From an uncultured virus (IMG/VR IMGVR_UViG_3300014205_004150) (Duplodnaviria; Heunggongvirae; Uroviricota; Caudoviricetes): a DNA stretch of 20,000 nucleotides. Made by a program: the position numbers and the translations under genes. Where the stretch lies: IMG/VR virus record IMGVR_UViG_3300014205_004150. One strand, written 5' to 3'. The first letter of the stretch is position 1, and the number at the start of each line of letters is the position of its first letter. The notes under the pieces are model-generated. The model saw only the letters and a list, made by a program, of their open reading frames with translations, did not search any database and was not told where the DNA came from. Shown here one piece after another: positions 16,163 through 20,000 of the stretch.

Positions 16163-16519
16163 TTAACACTCCGTATCATTCCAAGGACCATAATTCTCTG
16201 TTTTTAACAACATCCGTTTCATTTCTTCCGCGTTATACCTACGCGCTTCAGATACACGGTGATATGCATAATACATGTCACGTGGATATCCAGTATCGAA
16301 AATAGGGTCATATACCCAATCTCCGCTCTCCACAAATGCATGCTGGTATGCCCTATTCGCAAACGGGCCACTGCGCGGATACAGCGTTGCATGGACAAGC
16401 AACCAGCAATCATTCGACAACACAAATAAACTTGATATTTCGTAGCAATTGCCCTCTCGGTCTTCTCTCTTGGTTGGTATACACTTTTTGTTCATATTTG
16501 TAGCAATTTCGTCAAACAT
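16163..16519 (-). CDS. Minimal transglutaminase/papain-like (Cys-His-Asp) protein
   Basis: GNCY ... HAFVE ... WVYDP. Confidence 0.6.
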   Translation of the reverse strand: MFDEIATNMNKKCIPTKREDREGNCYEISSLFVLSNDCWLLVHATLYPRSGPFANRAYQHAFVESGDWVYDPIFDTGYPRDMYYAYHRVSEARRYNAEEMKRMLLKTENYGPWNDTEC

Positions 16520-16535
16520 TATTACACCACACCAT

Positions 16536-16682
16536 TCAGTTTAATGCCATCCACACGGTTTTTAATATATCTTTGTCATCCTTTGAAAGAAACGGGCAGT
16601 CTACTGGCAACATACCAACACAGGTTTTCGGTTTTAACACACATTCCCACGAACACCCAATACATTTGTATATTTTGTACAA
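16536..16682 (-). CDS. 48-aa Cys-rich protein, not in the ORF track
   Basis: TTG start after AGGTGA; YKCIGCSWEC...CPF; fills the gap. Confidence 0.55.
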   Translation of the reverse strand: MYKIYKCIGCSWECVLKPKTCVGMLPVDCPFLSKDDKDILKTVWMALN

Positions 16683-16687
16683 TTTTA

Positions 16688-17041
16688 TCACCTACTCGAT
16701 GCAAAGTCATCTAATTTTTCTCTGATTTTAAAATATTTTTTTGTCCACGATGGATCTTCTACACACGTTCCTACACTTGAAATGTCACATTGGTGAATGG
16801 AACAAAGTGGGCGCAAGTGGGGGGGTGCTATACACCGGTTGTTTTCGTCAAGTAGCGGGACATTTTTGTTTTTTGTTGGGGCGAGAACAATTCCCAACGA
16901 AACTGCGTAATCTATTACAAAACCACATGTAATAGCATTACAACATGCGCCTATGTTGTGGCATTTTTGAATGCATTTCTCATGTGTTAGTTGCGCCATT
17001 TCTTCCCACAAGTTCATTTCAGCATCTGTAAAAACACTCAT
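16688..17041 (-). CDS. YkgJ-like (CxxCxxCC-type) Cys-cluster protein
   Basis: CIQKCHNIGACC ... PLLDENNRCI..RPLCSIHQC; ATGA overlap gives start 17041. Confidence 0.6.
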   Translation of the reverse strand: MSVFTDAEMNLWEEMAQLTHEKCIQKCHNIGACCNAITCGFVIDYAVSLGIVLAPTKNKNVPLLDENNRCIAPPHLRPLCSIHQCDISSVGTCVEDPSWTKKYFKIREKLDDFASSR

Positions 17042-17319
17042 TTTTGGAACCCACAACAAGCGATTTGCCGCCCGACATGTACAAGCATCCGATTCTGCGC
17101 ATCGATAAGGTCACCCCGGCGAGAAGTGTACCACCATTTCCATATACGTTTCCTCCAAACTGGGGGGGCATCGACAACATCCCCACTATCCTTCATGATC
17201 AGTTCGGCCTTAAATTCTGGCGGACATGCAGGAATGTCATCAGACCGCATATCTATCATCTTGTCATTTCCTTCGTATGTGAAGGAATGTATCTTGGTCT
17301 TCGCAATGGTTCTCGTCAC
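17038..17319 (-). CDS. Hypothetical protein
   Basis: GTGA and ATGA overlaps at both ends. Confidence 0.65.
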   Translation of the reverse strand: MTRTIAKTKIHSFTYEGNDKMIDMRSDDIPACPPEFKAELIMKDSGDVVDAPPVWRKRIWKWWYTSRRGDLIDAQNRMLVHVGRQIACCGFQK

Positions 17320-17453
17320 GCCCGTCGCCCCAATCGCTTAATCCTATTCAGTTTCCGCTGCTCGCGAGCATATATCCAATACTCACAGTCTTCCGGCTTC
17401 TCAACCCCGTCCGGACAATTTGCACGGTTGCATGCTTTGCATATGGTGTTCAT
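17316..17453 (-). CDS. 45-aa Cys-rich basic protein, not in the ORF track
   Basis: MNTICKACNRANCPDGVEKPEDCEYW...RRA*; overlapping start/stop at both ends. Confidence 0.55.
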   Translation of the reverse strand: MNTICKACNRANCPDGVEKPEDCEYWIYAREQRKLNRIKRLGRRA

Positions 17454-17521
17454 TGCAACCACAACAATTCGGGGCACATCTGGCAACACGATACGTCCTT
17501 AACATATACACGCTTGTTCAT
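17450..17521 (-). CDS. 23-aa Cys-containing micro-ORF
   Basis: MNKRVYVKDVSCCQMCPELLWLQ*; directly after GGAGTGA SD of the class-A module; ATGA-coupled to next ORF. Confidence 0.45.
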   Translation of the reverse strand: MNKRVYVKDVSCCQMCPELLWLQ

Positions 17522-17525
17522 GTTA

Positions 17526-17575
17526 TCACTCCTGCTTGTATACATTAGAATGGCATCTAATACTATATATATTTT
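17526..17575 (-). promoter_or_regulatory. Class-A promoter/RBS module, copy 7 (diverged spacer)
   Basis: tcactcctgcttgtatacattagaatggcatctaatactatatatatttt. Confidence 0.75.
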
Positions 17576-17702
17576 CCCAACTTCAACAAAACAACATACA
17601 AAAATATCGTAATTAAAATAGACACAATAATTTTACGATATTTCTCATACCGAGCAATATCTTCTATCAATTGCTCATATTCTGGAGACATAAAAAAATA
17701 AG

Positions 17703-17990
17703 TTATGATGCAATGATATCGATTGTTTTGACAGCACCTTGCATGCGTTTTTTTGCACCGTCAATACCTTCGGCGCAAATCTTATCAGTCTGTTGCATAC
17801 AAGGGTTGCACATGTAAAGAACCACAGTTCCACGACCCCGTTCATCGTACTTGATGAATTGCCCTTCGATTGACTCTGCCACCTGTGGAACGGTAAGCCC
17901 ACACACACACCGGAAGCACACCGCAACAATTTTGTCAGATTTAGAATCAAATGGTTGTGTGTTCATGGAACACCCATTTGAAGACTTCAT
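17703..17990 (-). CDS. Zn-finger-like protein (CFRC...CNPC)
   Basis: ATGA overlap with DUF932 stop. Confidence 0.65.
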   Translation of the reverse strand: MKSSNGCSMNTQPFDSKSDKIVAVCFRCVCGLTVPQVAESIEGQFIKYDERGRGTVVLYMCNPCMQQTDKICAEGIDGAKKRMQGAVKTIDIIAS

Positions 17991-18931
17991 GCCGCAACCT
18001 CGCACAAAATCGCATGGGCACGTTCCATGATTGAATTTCCATCAACAATGTGCATGAAACGATTCTCATACACGGTTTCCGTTTCACGGAGCGGTTTCAT
18101 GTGCGTCGCCATGTCAGAAACAGCCTGAAACACTCCCCACGCGGTTCCACGGTGTTGCGATAGGTCGGGCGCGAGGTTATACCTGTTCGCGAATTCTTCC
18201 CTCTTCTGCATGACGTTGTTAACGTGCCGGTCACCGAGGGTTGTGTCGATTGGAAACAACGACTCGGTGAACTTAACAAGGTCGTCACGATACACATTTA
18301 CCCGCGACATCCGTTCTGCTTCTTCAACAAATGCTCCCATGTACTGGTGTGCCATACGAAGTGTCTTCCTCGCCTCTTCGAGTTTGTTGGTTATGTCTCC
18401 GGTGTGTCGCACCGACCATGTTCTCGGAGCGCCACCAAGGGCTATAGTGAGGGTGTTGTTGCAAACAACCCGAACAGGGGTTAACGCTGCTTTGACAGCT
18501 GACGTTCCGTCGTGGGCGTTTGTGAACACCAGATATGGGACATAATTCTCTCTGAGTATATCAACTTGTGGCAGATTCGCAAGAATCCACACGCGGCCGC
18601 TCGTAAGAACACCGGCAGTTTCGTAATTTACACCTTCACCGACAAGTTCATCAGTAAATGCGAATGCATCATTGTTCTGGACAATACGATAATCAGGTGT
18701 GACAAACCCAAGAATCTTGTTGTCCGAAGAACGGACGGTAGCAACCCGTTTCTTGTATACTTCACCCATCACGCTGACGGGTTCGAAGCGAACCTGCCAA
18801 TCAAGACCAGAAAACGAAAGTGCCTCTGCAGAATTCATCGCATGCGATACACTTACACCAAGCCCGTGCCACGGCAATTTGCGCGCGGCAAAGTTGTATG
18901 CCATACTTTCAACCATGTGTGACATTTTCAA
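17987..18931 (-). CDS. DUF932 / TIGR03299-type phage/plasmid protein
   Basis: PWHGLG, LDWQV, YRIVQN, YETAG, NAHDG, TPVRVVCNNTL, VRHT, RGTAWG. Confidence 0.9.
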   Translation of the reverse strand: MKMSHMVESMAYNFAARKLPWHGLGVSVSHAMNSAEALSFSGLDWQVRFEPVSVMGEVYKKRVATVRSSDNKILGFVTPDYRIVQNNDAFAFTDELVGEGVNYETAGVLTSGRVWILANLPQVDILRENYVPYLVFTNAHDGTSAVKAALTPVRVVCNNTLTIALGGAPRTWSVRHTGDITNKLEEARKTLRMAHQYMGAFVEEAERMSRVNVYRDDLVKFTESLFPIDTTLGDRHVNNVMQKREEFANRYNLAPDLSQHRGTAWGVFQAVSDMATHMKPLRETETVYENRFMHIVDGNSIMERAHAILCEVAA

Positions 18932-19149
18932 ACACGCCTCCTCATATTAAGGTTAGTCTCTTTGAGTATTTGGAATCCTTCGTAGAATTTCATATATGCC
19001 CGCCTGAACATATCCATGGTATCATCAGATAGATTGGTTTCAGTGGCAAACGCATCAACCTCTACAACGAGATAGTGAGCCTCCTTCTTGATCCTCTCAA
19101 AGTCTGAAGCCAAGACATCTTCGACAGTCTGCTTGACACGAACATGCAT
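18928..19149 (-). CDS. Small helical hypothetical protein
   Basis: GGAGTG SD and TTTATA box upstream (~19197-19202). Confidence 0.7.
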   Translation of the reverse strand: MHVRVKQTVEDVLASDFERIKKEAHYLVVEVDAFATETNLSDDTMDMFRRAYMKFYEGFQILKETNLNMRRRV

Positions 19150-19220
19150 TTTTCAAACACTCCTTTTAAGTTACAATTTCTTATACGCATCAAAAGTATA
19201 AATAGGTTGTTATTGAAAAA

Positions 19221-19811
19221 TTAAGACCCGTTTATTACTACATTGACAAGTTCTTCAATTTCTGGGTCATATACCCTCGCATCGATGCGTGTTCCTTTGT
19301 GGATTTCTTCAAGCATCGACACCGGTGTTTCTACTTTCGTATTTCCCCACGCGGATTTAAACAAATTAATGTGCTTACCACCAAATTTTATATCTGAAAA
19401 TGGTTCAAATTTGCGCATAATCAAAATTGCAAGTCTCCTTCGCGTTGGGTCTAGTGCACCAAGAAGATTCTTAATATACAATTCGTTGTACAGAACAGAG
19501 TATGTACGCATCTTTTCCAGATTGTAACCCTTCGGGTTCAACACAACGGTTCTCACCCCGCATTTTTGGCAGGTTATTTGCGCGGTTCCGGTATATTGCA
19601 TCACGTTTTCTGAACTTCTACCGGTGTTTCTCGTCCATTTCGAAGAACCACACGCGGTTCTATATGGAATCCAACTCATCTCGCCTGTGCTCACACTCCG
19701 CACGACATCTGCGCTGGATATGTGTGTTTTTTTCCCACCGGAACCAACGTGGATGACAACCGGGATTGTATCAACCTTTTCAAATTTTGGCAAATACTGT
19801 TCCATAACCAT
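19221..19811 (-). CDS. Hypothetical protein with probable H/C..CxxC Zn site
   Basis: KTH...TACG...ITCQKC; GGTGA SD. Confidence 0.75.
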   Translation of the reverse strand: MVMEQYLPKFEKVDTIPVVIHVGSGGKKTHISSADVVRSVSTGEMSWIPYRTACGSSKWTRNTGRSSENVMQYTGTAQITCQKCGVRTVVLNPKGYNLEKMRTYSVLYNELYIKNLLGALDPTRRRLAILIMRKFEPFSDIKFGGKHINLFKSAWGNTKVETPVSMLEEIHKGTRIDARVYDPEIEELVNVVINGS

Positions 19812-19817
19812 AATTAC

Positions 19818-19864
19818 TCACCGTTTGTATACAGAGTGTATACCGTGTAAATATATAAGTGTTT
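19818..19864 (-). promoter_or_regulatory. Divergent class-A-like promoter, copy 8
   Basis: TTATATA ... TGTATACA-AAC-GGTGA; lacks TACTATTAG boxes. Confidence 0.5.
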
Positions 19865-19919
19865 CTCAAACGGGTTCTGCCGGGCAGAGTTTACATCAGA
19901 TAATAAAAAAGATAAATGG

Positions 19920-20000
19920 TTATTTTTTCTTTGTTGAAGGTTTCCGTGGTGATTTGCGCCGTGTCAGTGAATAATTAACACGCGGTTTAACTTTTCTCGC
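19920..20000 (-). CDS. 3' end of a gene entering the window, basic C-tail
   Basis: Hand translation ARKVKPRVNYSLTRRKSPRKPSTKKK*. Confidence 0.55.
   Translation of the reverse strand, partial: ARKVKPRVNYSLTRRKSPRKPSTKKK

Noticed and set aside
4114..19864. Repeated module as a CRISPR array or integron attC sites
   Set aside because: Copies are 0.15-7 kb apart, consist of TATA and SD elements, lack attC structure, and no cas or integron integrase gene is seen

Overview
Gene-dense window, almost entirely on the minus strand, that looks like part of an archaeal virus or large extrachromosomal element. Evidence: BRE/TATA promoters, GGTGA/GGAGTGA Shine-Dalgarno (SD) sites, ATGA/GTGA gene overlaps and many tiny ORFans. 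The host is probably a methanogen; Methanomicrobiales is inferred from one secreted protein. No capsid, terminase, polymerase, rRNA, tRNA or CRISPR was recognised. Recognisable products: a GHKL ATPase with a C-terminal HExxH motif (2386-4113), a secreted protein resembling the Methanospirillum sheath-protein family with 18 in-register Y-x-P-x-x pentapeptides (5405-6445), a serine recombinase (9111-9845), a Zn-finger/OB-fold phage-type protein (10162-11454), a PARP-type Zn finger (11557-11934), a transglutaminase-like protein, a YkgJ-like protein and a DUF932 protein (17987-18931). Two organising patterns stand out. (A) A ~50-bp promoter/RBS module recurs 8 times (6 full, 1 truncated, 1 divergent), and there is a 154-bp duplication carrying a gene relic, which suggests shufflable expression cassettes. 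(B) A set of unrelated small proteins share Lys/Arg-rich tails and sit behind apparently leaderless promoters. All family calls come from motif recognition by eye, not from database searches.
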